From Proteromonas lacertae (taxonomy: Eukaryota), in assembly GCA_002245135.1 (NCBI GenBank), contig NGBS01000599.1:1-64000 (forward strand): a stretch of DNA of 64,000 nt. Reading direction: 5' to 3'. This document shows positions 12,202 through 25,061 of the stretch, one piece after another; positions within the stretch are counted from its first letter, which is position 1; each line of letters opens with the position of its first letter. The position numbers and the translations under genes were made by a program. Under the pieces are notes generated by a model, which made no database searches, was not told the origin of the DNA, and saw nothing but the letters and a program-made list of their open reading frames with translations.

Positions 12202-12595
12202 CGACTTAGTTATTTTATCATCATCTATTCTTTATTTATTTCTTCATATCTTTTCATATTAGTTACTTATAAACTGCTCAAATATATAACATGATCTATT
12301 ATAAACTGCTTATACACTGCTTAATGATGCCTGATTTGGGAATGTAAGTATTTAATTTACATTGAAGTGAGAATATATTGGATGATTATGCTTTTTTTCA
12401 GCTGGCATTTAAAATGCAAATGATTAGTTTGAATAAAGGCTTGTATCAAATTTCATAATAAAATTAAAAAGAACTATATTTTGTCTGTTATAGATTTGTA
12501 TAAGCAAATTTATGATTATATTATTAAATCTATATTATAATAAATTGTTCATTACATGAATTGATATTAAAGAACAGGACAAATCGTAAAAGGAC

Positions 12596-12738
12596 TATCG
12601 CGCGCGATAAAGAAATTTGCGGGATAAAGGAGATAATAATATAGAATAAAGGACCTGGCACACCGAGCCGCATGACTCGGCTCCTGGCGCACCAAATCAA
12701 ACATTCATAAATTACGTGACATATGTCATATTATGTCA
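12596..12738. repeat. GC-rich palindrome/hairpin cluster
   Basis: TATCGCGCGCGATA palindrome (12596-12609), GAGCCG-7nt-CGGCTC hairpin, CCTGGC(A/G)CACC direct repeat, TGACATATGTCA palindrome. Confidence 0.7.
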
Positions 12739-12779
12739 TATTTTATTTTTGCATTTTCTAGAATATTCTTATTTCATAT

Positions 12780-13004
12780 ATGGATAATCTAATTAAAGAA
12801 GAAGCAGAAAATGGATTTGATTCTTTATATGAAATGTGTAATGTATATCTCAATAAGAAAGATGATGGCAGCAATGACTATCAAACATCAATTGAAATAG
12901 CATGTGAGATTATATTAAAATTAAAAGAATTAAATGAAGAATATCATTTAGGATTAGATGATACGGTATTACATCAAATAGGAAGATTAGAAGGGAAAAA
13001 ATAG
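12780..13004 (+). CDS. Small hypothetical helical protein
   Basis: 74-aa ATG-initiated ORF just after the palindrome cluster. Confidence 0.35.
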   Translation: MDNLIKEEAENGFDSLYEMCNVYLNKKDDGSNDYQTSIEIACEIILKLKELNEEYHLGLDDTVLHQIGRLEGKK

Positions 13005-13094
13005 CAAGTCAATATTTACAAAAAGAATTAGAAAAACAATTAAATGAAATAATACCAAGTTTAAACAATATGTTAAAAATCAAATAAAAATTAA

Positions 13095-13568
13095 TTAGTC
13101 TTTATCATCTTCCAATCTGTTTTTAAAAATATTATATATAGAATTTAATTCTGAATTTGTATCGATTAAATAGAGATAATGATTTTTTATATATCTAAAA
13201 TTTTTAATAGTATTTGCATTCAAATTGAAATCTTCTTCAGAAATATATGCAAAATCTTCAACATAGAAAGTGTCCAGTTTATTAATTAATTTTTCTAAGT
13301 CTTCTATAATATCCAGTCTATAAGATGTTAATTCAGATTTGCTACATGTGGTAGCTATTTTACTCCTGTTATATTTCAATTCGATATTTTGTATGAAAGT
13401 TACAAAAGACTTTATTTTATCTCTTAGATCTGTTTTATCTTTACTACTAAAATTTTCACTTAGATTTAATTTATAGACCCTTCTATTTATATCATTTAAA
13501 CTACTAATATAATTTTTAAGTACATCAAAGAATACATAGAATTCATATACTCTAGCAAAATTACTCAT
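13095..13568 (-). CDS. Hypothetical helical protein, divergent from pPolB-B
   Basis: Intact 157-aa intronless ORF. Confidence 0.5.
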   Translation of the reverse strand: MSNFARVYEFYVFFDVLKNYISSLNDINRRVYKLNLSENFSSKDKTDLRDKIKSFVTFIQNIELKYNRSKIATTCSKSELTSYRLDIIEDLEKLINKLDTFYVEDFAYISEEDFNLNANTIKNFRYIKNHYLYLIDTNSELNSIYNIFKNRLEDDKD

Positions 13569-13794
13569 ATATTTGGTATTAATTAATTAGAAATACTACT
13601 AATAGAAATTGTTCTTCTAATTCAAATCTGATCCAAAGAATATAATATAATTCAAGTAAAAGAAAGAAATATAAAACAATAATATAAAATAATAAATATA
13701 AATCGTAAAAGAATTGATATATAACTTTTAGAAATTTATAAAAGAATAAAAATAATAATAAAAATATATAAAAAATTAATTTTTAATTTTCTAG

Positions 13795-16700
13795 ATGAAC
13801 CCTTTCATCCCTCCTTATTATTATTATTCAAACTTTAATTATTATAGTCCACCACCATTTGGAGCACCTTATATTCCTCCTCCACAAAATTATGGATTTA
13901 ATCCCATGCCCATGCCATATCCAGGTATGGCACCTCCTAATATGTATGAACCACCTCCACCTATTCAAAATATTCCAGTAGCTAGAAATTATGTTCCACC
14001 AAGAAATCTAGTTACAAATACAAATCCTGGTTTCAATTATTATCCTGGAAATATAGGAGTAGATTCAACACCTCAAATTAATATTCCTGAACCAGGATTT
14101 GTAACACCACCTCCCAAGAGAAGATTAGATTTCGAAAACATAAGTCCTCCAAAAATACAAAGAAAAGGAGGTATGCAGGTTCCAATGCCTAATCCTAATC
14201 CTAATCCAAATCAACCTGTTGTTAATCAACCTCCACCAAATGCACAACAGCGTAATAGAGTAGCAGATTTAAATTTATCTTATCAAGAAGAAAGAGATTT
14301 AAGAGAAGCAAGCGATATATTAGAAAATCATCCTACTAAATTATTAAAATTACAATATGAAAAGAGATTATATTATATGGACTTAATTCAGAGAAGTACA
14401 GATAATTACAGTAGAACATATCAAATTAACTTTTTAAACGATGTAAATGGTATGGATCCAGATGCTGTAGTTGAAATTATAACTGATCCTAGTAGTCCAT
14501 TAATTACTAAAATAAGAGAATATTTGGAAGATGTTAAATATATAAAAGTAACATTAAGTTTTAGAAGTGGTTATATAGGAGTAGACGATCCAGATTATAA
14601 TAATCCAAATGGTAATAAAATAACAAATTGGGTTTATTTAGAATGTAAACCTGTAGTTATTACAGAATCAGAAATGAATGTAGCTCATAAAATATTAAAA
14701 GATAGAATAAGAACAGAAATGGGACCTTTATGGCATACTGAAAAATCAAGTTTAAAATTTAGACATGTTGGTGAAGTTGAAGTTCATTTAGTCAAAGCAA
14801 CTGCTATGGCAGGTAGTGGTAAAAATAAAGAACTTCCAGATTGGATAACTAATAAAAAATGTGTTATATCAATAGATAATAATAAAGAAAATGATCAATT
14901 ATGTTTTCTATATGCTATAGCAGCAGCATTTTTTCATGGTAATAATAATAATAAGAATTTAAATAGAGTAGAACAATATAAAGATTATATTAGAGTTAAC
15001 TACAATTAGAGTATATTATATTTCCCAGTAGATCCTATTAAACATAATAAACATATTCATGAATTTAAAACAATAATTCATCTAACATTAAATATATTCA
15101 AAATAACAGATAAAGAAGTAGTTCCTATATATGTAATACATATAGATAAATTCAATAATTATCCACATGTGAATTTATTATATAATGATAAACATTATTC
15201 TACTATTACAAAATTAAATGTAATATTAATACCTAAAGGAAAGAAGTGTAAAAATGGTTATCCAAGATGTAATTATTGTTTTGCTTTATTATCAACAGAT
15301 GAAAAAAGAATACAACATGAAAAATATAATTGTCAACAACATAAAGGTATTATAAGAAATTTCCCTGAAAAAAATATTCAATTAGAATTTAAGAACTTTA
15401 AATATATGAATACCTATAGTAATATATTGGGATACTGAAGTTTATCAGGAGAAAGTAACAGATCCAATTTTAAATGAGAAAGGTATTTTATCAAAGCATA
15501 TATTATCCAGTTGGTGTTTATATGTTGTATCTAAATATCCTAATATATATCCTAATAAAATTGAGTATGATTTTAAAACACCTAAAGATAATGAAACAGA
15601 TTTAGAGGATAGATTAATAGCTAAATTTATGGAAATACAAAAAGAAATATTAGATTTATATGAAGAAAAATTAAAAAATCCTGAAAAAATGATAGGATAT
15701 AATAGAGAAGATCCTAAAAATAAATTGAATTATTGTATATACTGTAAAGAACCATTTGATTATAGAAATAAGAATAAAAAACCTGTATTACACCACGACC
15801 ACTTTAGTGGACAATATATAGGTAGAATATGTAATAATTGTAACTTCCATGTAAGTTTAAATAATATGCCAATCCCTTGTATTGCTCATAATTCCAAAAA
15901 TTATGACAATAATTTCATTATTAGAGGATTTTCCAGATGGGATAATAAGTTAAGAGATGAATTTTGTAAAGAAAATAATATTGATCCTAATGTAAATTAT
16001 GCTTCAGATACTGAATCTGATAGTGATACTGAAGAAGAAGAAGATAATACTATTACTAATACTAATTCTATTCCTGTTCCACAGTAAGATAGTGATACAT
16101 TTACTCCATTACCTCCTTATACTAATGGCTTTATAACAGATAATAAAATAAAAGATTATGTGAAAGATTTGAGAAAAGAAAAACAACAAGAAAAAGATGA
16201 TAATAATAATAATAATTTCAGTATGAGTCCATTACATGATTCTTTAAGTGATATGGAAACTCAAGAAGTTGAAAGTGAAGTAATCCAAATTATTAATGAA
16301 GAAGTTAATGCATTATTAGAATTAGAAGAAATGTTAAGAAGAGATAGCCCTAGAAATGCAGAAGATGTTATAGATGAAATAGATGAACAATCTGCTTATA
16401 GAATTATTAAATGTAAAGATGGTAAAATAAGAAAATATAAAAACAAAAAATAATATAAATCACAATTATTAGTATTACCTAAAACAGATAATAAATTTTT
16501 ATTAATAAAGTTCAACAAATTATACTTTATGGACTCATATCAATTCTTACCAAGTTCTTTAGATTCTTTAACAAAGTCATTATATACTCAAGCAATAAGA
16601 GATAATGGAAATTATCAAAAATATTTCAGTTATGTATATGAAGATATTTATAAAAAATATTCTGCTCCTGGTAAATTAGATCATGATATGAAAATTGATG

Positions 16701-18712
16701 CTTTTATCCATAAATGGTGTTTATCTAAAGGATATTTTCCATATGAATATGTGAACTCATTATCTAAATATTTCAATACTTTTGAACTACCTCCTAAAGA
16801 AACATTCTATTCAAAGTTAAAAGATGATAATACTGTAACAGATGTTGAATATGCTAGTTGTCAGGCTTTATGGAAAGTTATTAGATGTGATAACTTAATG
16901 GAATACAATTTATTTTATCTCAGATTAGATGTTCTTACATTAACATGCGTATTTGAACATTTTAGAGATGTTATATGGAATAATTTTACTTTGGATCCAT
17001 TATGGCATTGTAGTTCACCTGGTTTATCTTGGAGTATATTCCTTAAAAATTGTGATGTAAAAATTGATTTAATAAGTGACTCTGATATTTATGACTTTAT
17101 ACATTCTGGATTAATAGGTGGGATTTCTATGGTTGGTAGTATGAGATATGCAGAGTCTTGGAATCATTATCAACCTCAATGGCAAGAGAAAAATAAAAAG
17201 GAAGTACAGGATCCAGATAATCAAGCATATATTATGTATATGGATTATAATTCTTTATATCCAAGTACTATGGCTAGTATGAAGTTACCATATAGTGAAT
17301 TTGAATGGATTGAACCAACTACTGAAAATGTTAAGAAAATATTATCATTACATTACTATGAAGAACAAAGAGAAAAATATTACAATACAGAATGGATTAA
17401 TAAAAATATGTATGGATATATTCTAGAAGTAGATATTTCTCCTCCTAGTAATAGTAATGAAAGAAAAAAATTTGCTGAATATCCTTTGTTACCAGAAAGA
17501 AAAATAGTTGACTATGATAATTTATCTGAAATACAAAAGAAATGGGCAGAATCTTTAGGATTAGTTTCAGAAGCTAAAAATAATATTGATAAACCATATA
17601 AAGTTAAAAAGTTAAAGTCAAATGTTCCTAAAATAGTATGTGATTTAACAACAAAATACAACTATGTTGTTCACTATCAATATTTGAAATTTGCATGTGA
17701 AATGGGTTATGTTATACATCATATTCATAAAATTATCAGATTTAAAGAGTCTAATTATGCACATAACTTTGTAATGATGAATCATAACTTAAGAAGACAA
17801 GCTAAATTAGAAGGAAGGGATGCTGATGCTGATACTTTTAAGCTTATTCTAAATAGTGCTTATAAAAAGACTTGTGAAAATACTGAGAATAGATGTACTT
17901 CCAAATTGGTTAATAATGAAGAAGACTTTTTAAAGTGTACTTCCAATCCATTTTATAGAAGTTTTATTGCTATAGATAATAGTAACTTACGTATATGCAA
18001 ATTTCAAAAATATAAATGCACTATTGATAAACCATTTTATATTGGTATGAGTATATTATGTGAATCTAAAAGGTTAATGGCTCAATTCTGGTATGGACAT
18101 TTATATAGGAAATATGGGACTAGCTTAAGATTATTGATGAGTGATACTGATAGTTTCATATTTATGGTTAAAACTAGAGATTTCTATATGGATATTATGA
18201 ACGATCCACATTTTGAAAAGAAAGTTGATACTGGTAATCTTAATAAACAATACTTAATAACTAAAGGTATACACTATTCAAATGTTAATCAAAGTTCAGA
18301 ACTTAACTTATTAAAAATAGAAGAAAATAAGAATGGTTTATACTCTATTACTAGATTTGCAGGATTAAAACCTAAAATGTATGCCTATGAAAAAGTAAGA
18401 GTAGACGATGATATACATACTGTTACACATGATAGTAGAGCTAAAGGAGTTACAACTGGATATAGAATTAAAACTTGTGATTTTGACTTTTATAGAAAAA
18501 TATTAACAGATGCTGAAGATGAAAAGTCTTACAGAGTTGATAAAATCAAACAATATAGTTTCAGAAGTATTAACCAAACTTTATATACTATGGAACAAAA
18601 TAAGTTGGCTTTCAGCATATTTGATTCTAAAAGGTATTATTTAGATGTTTATCATAGTATTCCTTTTAATGATTATTATCCACCTATTATTAATAACACT
18701 ACTAATGTTTGA
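13795..18712 (+). pseudogene. Protein-primed family B DNA polymerase (pPolB-B), disrupted
   Basis: Five ORFs join via TAG 15007, a frameshift near 15410, TAA 16085 and TAA 16451. Motifs: NDQLCF/KHY, YWDTE, HHDHFSG..CNNCN, AHNSKNYD, DYNSLYPS, KLILNSAYKK (G lost), SDTDS, LKPKMYA, AKGV. Confidence 0.93.
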
Positions 18713-18806
18713 AACTTTGATATTTCTTTTTTATATTATTATTATTATAATATTATGATATTTTTTATTATTATTTTTTTTATATTATATTATAAAATAA
18801 AAAATA

Positions 18807-20168
18807 ATGTATTTCGGATGGGATCCTGCTAAAGCATTTTTTAATACTATGAATGATATAGGTAACTTAATGGAAGAAAGACAACAGCCTCCTCCTAAAC
18901 CTGACTATTCTTTACAATATTATATGAATAATGGTAGAGATGCTATTAAACGTTTTGCACCTCCTGAAAAATATAACCCTTATCCTAATCCTCAATATTC
19001 TCAATATCAAAATTGTTTACAACAACTATATAATAAATATCATTATTTAAGTGATAGAGATTTTATTAAAATGGTAATGAATCCTGTTAATAAAAATGAA
19101 ACTCCACCACCTATAGATGCTATAAAAGAATTTTTAGCTAGACAACCTGTTCGTCAGATTGTAGACTTTCACTATAAACGTGACCATCCATTTGCAAGTA
19201 TTAAAAAGCCTGGATGGTTCCAGATGGATATAGTTTTCTTTTTACCAGAACTTAAACATTTATAAATCATAGAAACTAATTCTCGTAAAGTGTGTGTTAT
19301 TCCAATACAAAGTAAAGGAGGTGATGAAAATTTAAACGCTTGTAAATCGTGGTATTATAAAGAAGATGCAGATTCTTATTTAAATGGAAATTATCAACCT
19401 AATATAGTAGCTAAAAGAAGAGTTATTAGTATTTTGAGTGATTATGAAAATGGTTTTGAAACAATAAAAGAATTTTGTAATAAAGAAGGTATAAATACTT
19501 ATTAAAAGAATCCTTCAGAACATAGAATAATGAGTGTATTAGATAGAAGTGTTTCTATTGTTAAAAAACTATTGTATAAACGTCTTATAGATATAAATTT
19601 TGATGCTCCTTTTCGTTCTTTTAATGTTAATAATAATCATAGAGAATCTATGTATAATCAATATATGTCTGAATGGATAAAAACATTTAATAGAGAAGTA
19701 TATGCAGTAGTACAAGACTATAATAATAAACCTCATCCTGCATAAAAAGGATATACTCCAAATGAAGTATATCATTCTGAAATATTACAAAAGAAAATAT
19801 TAGTAGATAGTATAAATAAAAATGTAGATAATGAATTTAAATTAGAAGATAAACAAAAATTTAAAATAGGTGATATTGCTAGATTTAAAGAAAGAAGAAG
19901 ACAATTAGATAAAATAACTACTTGGAGTGATGATGTTTATATGATTATAAATAAGTTTAGATTTTCTTATCAAATAGGTGATACTAATGGTAACTTTGTA
20001 CCTACTGTTAGTAATCAGAGGTTTAAGCATTATGAATTAGAATTAGTAGAAAGAGCGCAAGATAGAAAAGCTTATTTTAGAGCGTATCAAGCAAACAGAA
20101 GATTTTTTAATCAACATTTTAGAAAAATATTACCAAGGCCAGCAACAATTCAAAAGGGAATAGTATAA
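18807..20168 (+). pseudogene. rve-family integrase B, three in-frame TAA stops
   Basis: One frame throughout: FQMDIVFF, IIETNSRK, ILSDYENGF, VLDRSVSIVK, YNNKPHPA*KGYTPNEV, FKIGDIARF; stops at 19263, 19503 and 19743. Confidence 0.9.
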
Positions 20169-20201
20169 TATATTCCATTAATTAATTAATTAATTAATTA
20201 T

Positions 20202-20873
20202 TTAAAGTTCTGATATGTCAATAACTGCTCTGCTATTGACAGGAACTTTTGATAAATTATTATTATCTTCTGGAGGAGGAGGAGGAGGTTCTTCTTGTTT
20301 AATTTTGGGCTTTGGAGTTTCTTTTTTTTCTTTAATGATATGGTGTTCTTTTGAAACTCTTCTTCTTTTGTTATATTTTCTATCTTCTTCATAATCATCA
20401 CTATCATTATCACTACTACTACTACTACTACTATCACTACTAGAACTATCATTTTCTATATCAACATCTTCATACAATAAGTTTTCTATTTTATCTGGAT
20501 TCACATATGAAGGAATTACTGGATATTTGAATGTAGACCACCTATATATATTAATTTCTGTTTTCTTTAGAAAATACCACTTTTCATTTTTTGATTTAGC
20601 ATCTTCTGAAAATTTTTGAAAATCACCTGTAAATTGAATATGTAATGTGTTGAATTTGGCAAATATTTTTATATTACTATTAACATATTTTATTTCATCA
20701 CAATTTGTTACAGCTATTGTTACTAAATTATCCTCAAAAAATTGATTCTGAAATAGGATATCATTGTATAAATTCATAATATAAGTTGTTGGTAAATATT
20801 TCATATAATCATATAAATCAAATTGAAAATCATTAATTAATACATTATTTTTTGAATTGAATTTAATTTGCAC
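20202..20873 (-). CDS. Element B hypothetical protein with acidic/basic/Pro-rich tail
   Basis: 223-aa open frame with poly-Ser/Asp, KRRR and poly-Pro; start uncertain. Confidence 0.5.
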   Translation of the reverse strand: MQIKFNSKNNVLINDFQFDLYDYMKYLPTTYIMNLYNDILFQNQFFEDNLVTIAVTNCDEIKYVNSNIKIFAKFNTLHIQFTGDFQKFSEDAKSKNEKWYFLKKTEINIYRWSTFKYPVIPSYVNPDKIENLLYEDVDIENDSSSSDSSSSSSSDNDSDDYEEDRKYNKRRRVSKEHHIIKEKKETPKPKIKQEEPPPPPPEDNNNLSKVPVNSRAVIDISEL

Positions 20874-20905
20874 TTTAGAAGTAGTAAAAATTATTTTGTA
20901 TTTAT

Positions 20906-21720
20906 TTATAAAATTTCTAATGGATAAAAAATAGTATTATCATCCAAAATTTTATTAAGAGGAATAGTATTTTTGCAGAATAATGAATTAATTTTACTTC
21001 GTGTATTTGTTTTTCGGTTTTTTGCATCCATATACTTATCTTTCAAATAAATAAAAATATCTTGATATGCAACAAAGGATAAACTATAATATTCTGGATT
21101 GTCATCACATATATAAAATTTTAGTATATTTATTTTATTTTTGTAATCACAACTATATTTAATAGTTGTCCATATATAATTAATATCATTTTTGAGATTA
21201 TTATTATGTTCCTTAAAATATAATTTGATAGGATTGTGGAATAAACAAAATTTGAAATATCTTTCATCCATAATATAAAAAGGAATTTCACAAGACCATG
21301 TATAAAAATGTTGACCTCTATTCATATTAGTAATTATTTTTAAACACATAAAAGTGTTGAATAAGAAAATCCAATTTCGATACCCAGTCCAACTGTGGGT
21401 ATCTTCATATGCAATATAATAATTGCCTTCCATGTATTTTTTGACACAGGAATAATCAACACCAATATTTCAGACATTATTATTATAATATATAAAGATA
21501 TCTGATTCTGTAATTAAAAAATTATGTAAGTGTTTGCTATGGACAAATTCCTCCCAACAATATACACCTTGAAATTGACCATTAAAATTTTTATATCTAA
21601 TTTTTATAATGTCTTCTATATCAAAATTTGAGAGTGCATCTTCAGACAATTTGTTTAATATTACTTTTCGACGAGATATTATTCTCCGTCTTTTTCTTTT
21701 ATTATATCTACCTAATCCAT
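20906..21720 (-). pseudogene. Degenerate adenain-like protease homologue
   Basis: From ATG 21720: LSNFDIEDIIK...FQGVYCW resembles the Polinton protease N-terminus; GYRNWIFL sits where GTHW is expected; stops and a frameshift lie upstream of ORF 20906-21433. Confidence 0.35.
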
Positions 21721-21795
21721 TTTTATATATATTATAAAGTTGATTAACATTTGCATAAGAAGTGCCAAAATTAGTTAATTCAACAGGTAAATTAA

Positions 21796-23460
21796 TTATT
21801 CAGCAGGTATTGCAAATATACTATTAGAAGTTGCAGGATTTGATTTTAAGAAGCTAAATAATCCTCCAGCATCTAATAAACCAAATATAGAACCTGCTGC
21901 AGTTACTAAGACACCTATAAAACCTATCCATCCTATAAATCCTTTAACATCCCAAGGTGAAGTAGGATAGTTAGGAAGCCAATTTTTACTATCCCAGAAT
22001 TTTTCAGGCTTTCCAAAACTAGCAAATTTAGCAAACTGAGGAAGTGCAGCTAAGAAAAATTGTATATATGGATGATTTCCTAATAAAAATGAACTTGCAA
22101 AGTTCCACAAAAATCCAAGTGGTAGCTTTGAATTTCTTATAGAATCAGGCAAATAGGATTCTATAGAACTATATTCAGCATTATATAATTGTTCTAATGG
22201 TGGTAACCTTCCACCAGATAAATTTTGTATTATTCTATAATAATCAGGTAAAAAATGCTAAAAAACATAAAATAATCCTCTCATTCCATAATAACCTTTC
22301 TAATATCCCCACCAAGCTATAGCTGTCATTATTACAGCATGTATTTGTTTCATTACATATTCTATTTCTACTCTATTTGGAGTAACTCCACCATATAAAT
22401 AATTCTTCATTTCATAATAAAACATAGGAAATATCATTAAAACATTATCAACACATTTTATTAAATTCCACAACATCACCATGTTGTATATTATCCATAG
22501 CTTTTTTAAATTGACTACCTTCATAACCTTTCCACTTACTGCAAGCATCTTTTAATATTCTCATACCTATATCATATTTTTCAGCATCTGAAGCTCCATT
22601 CCATCCTTTAAATGTTTCACTATTTCTTAATTTTGCTATATTTTTTGACCTCCTTTGATTTTCATCTATAACAGTTGATTTATTTATATTTATAGGATTA
22701 GGATTTTTAATAGCTTTAAATTTATCCATTGTTTTAGGATCAGCGTGAAGCATATAATAAAGATAACCTCTTTCTTCTATATCTTCTGGTTTAAGTAATC
22801 TAGGAGCTAATTGATTAGCTAAAGCTTGATTATCATTAAATTTTTTAAAGTCAGGAGGATATTCTTTTGCTGCATCTTCCATATTTTTTAAAGCTGAAAA
22901 TAATTCTTGTTTTAATAATTCTTGTTCTAATTGATTTATATTTCTATATCTAAATTGAATTTTATCTCCTAATATGAATATTTCATAAGGCTTTTCTCTA
23001 GCTGCTTGATAAAATGTTTGATTAGTAGGAACTCCCATAGCATTTTTTAATTGTTCTGTTGTCATATTTACTATTTCAGGATTTAATTTAACTAAAGGAT
23101 TATTTATAGTATTTACTCCATTATCATAAGGATGAAAGTATTCATCAGAATTCACTTCTTTTACAATTGAATTTAATTTGACAGGTAAAACTATATTAGC
23201 CCTAGGATTTCTAGGATCTATATATTTTGTATTATATTTACCTAAAAATGGAAGGGAAGTAAAATCATTATTCAAAAATGGTTGATAATATTCTTCATCA
23301 AGACGAGGTATCTTTTGATATACCTTCATTATATAATTTTTCTAAGTTCCAGTTATAATCCCAACCAACTTGCTGGCCATTTTTAAATAATCTACCAACT
23401 CGCAAAGAATTATTATTATTAACAGTTGTATCTGTTGTATTAGTTGCACCTCCTAATTTT
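21796..23460 (-). pseudogene. Disrupted gene with C-terminal hydrophobic/membrane segments
   Basis: ORFs 22448-23329, 22300-22548 and 21796-22152 join via a frameshift and two in-frame TAGs; hydrophobic segment GFIGWIGFIGVLVTAAGSIFGLL. Confidence 0.5.
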
Positions 23461-23523
23461 TTATTATTATTATTATTTAATAATCAACTATGACAGCGAT
23501 GCCTCCGTGGTATCTTATTTTTA

Positions 23524-24999
23524 CTATTTAACTCTGCTATGATATTTTTGAATATTTCTTCTACCTGTTCCTGATTTTTTACCATTCCACCAATTTATTA
23601 TAGCATTTACAGGATTTAAACTAAGATTTGAAGGAACTCTATTTATATCAATAGCTAAATTAGGATCATATTTATGTTCTTCTATTAAGTCTTTCCAGTG
23701 ATTATTTATCCAAAAGTTTTCTAAATTAGGATATTTAGTTTTCAACTTAACTAAGTCAACATTTCCATGTCTAAACCACTTTTGAACTTCTTCAGTTACT
23801 CCTGCCAAGTTATCAGGTAACCCAGGATTATGAATTGGTGGAGGTACATAAGCTGGATTAGGAAGCTGCGGCGACAATAAACTACTATTTTTCTTGTAAC
23901 CATATACAGTAAAATTAGGATTAGGACAAGTTGCAGTTGGGTTAGGACATTGAGCATTATTTGCTTAGTATTCATTATAAGGTGTATAAGCTGGATCAGG
24001 ACATTTATCCCAACCAAACCATCATGCAAATTTATTACTTATTTTATTTAATGCCCATTTAAAAGGTGTTAATAACCATGAAATAGTAATAAATACTGTA
24101 TTTAAAAGATTTGGAGCAGAGTCTCCTTTAAACCGATTGACAAAATAAGTCCAAAACTCTCTTTGATATGACCATAATATTGCACTTAAACCTCCAGCCC
24201 ATTTAAGTTTAGTTTCATCAAAACCAAACATTTTATTCATTAACCAATGCTTGTTCTATACTACCTCCCATTAAAGCTAACATTAATACTCCACAACCCC
24301 ACCATAACCACTCTGCTGCAGTTGTTATATGATGATCTTTAAACCATTCAATAACTTGATTACTAAACCAGTGTTTTTGTTCTGTATTCATACTCTCTAT
24401 TTTATTTGTTAAATTTTGACTATCTTGTTGAGAAAGATTAAATTTTCTTTGCCATTCTTGTGCTTCTTCATTATATTGACCATTTGTATTATTCCATCGT
24501 TGGCTGTTAACATAAGAACCTGTATTATAAGCAGCAGGATTTTGTAAGTTATGAACATAATTAGTACCATTAACCCACTGTCCTTGATCGTTTTGATAAA
24601 ACATATTTTGAGTATTTGGAATAAAAGGGTTTTGATATTGTGTAGTCATATTAGCTGGATCTCCATAATTACTATATGGTGTAATAAATTGCCCAATATT
24701 TTTATAATATCTTCCAAATTGGTCTGTTATTTGAGACATATATAATTTATATTTATCTTCATCAGACATATAATTATTTAATAGAGTAGAATCATATAGT
24801 TCTAATTGTGTATTAGCAGAATCAGCTAAATCTTTATCTACATTGACTGTAGGATTAGCTAAATTTGATAAGTCTGACTTTATTTTTTTATTACTAGATA
24901 ATTTTCCTCACTATTTATTTCATCCTCATACTGTATCTTTCTCTTTTTATTATTATGTTGTTTATGTTTACGTGTTCTAACTTGTTTAATAACAGGCAT
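23524..24999 (-). pseudogene. Disrupted gene with basic N-terminus, N/Q-rich region and Trp-rich hydrophobic segments
   Basis: ATG 24999 MPVIKQVRTRKHK; ORFs 24233-24769, 24022-24240 and 23524-23877 link by frameshift and in-frame TGA/TAA. Confidence 0.5.
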
Positions 25000-25061
25000 T
25001 ATATAATATATAAATAGAAATATTATCAAAAAGAAGAATATAAAGATAAAGAATATTATTA

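Noticed and set aside
15940..16460. Intein in pPolB-B
   Set aside because: No intein terminal residues or homing-endonuclease motifs; low-complexity composition.
2240..24300. Alternative genetic code (TAA/TAG read as sense) in the viral elements
   Set aside because: Stops align to different residues (Leu, Tyr, Trp), TGA stops and frameshifts also occur, and host and element genes end in TAA/TAG. Decay or error is simpler.
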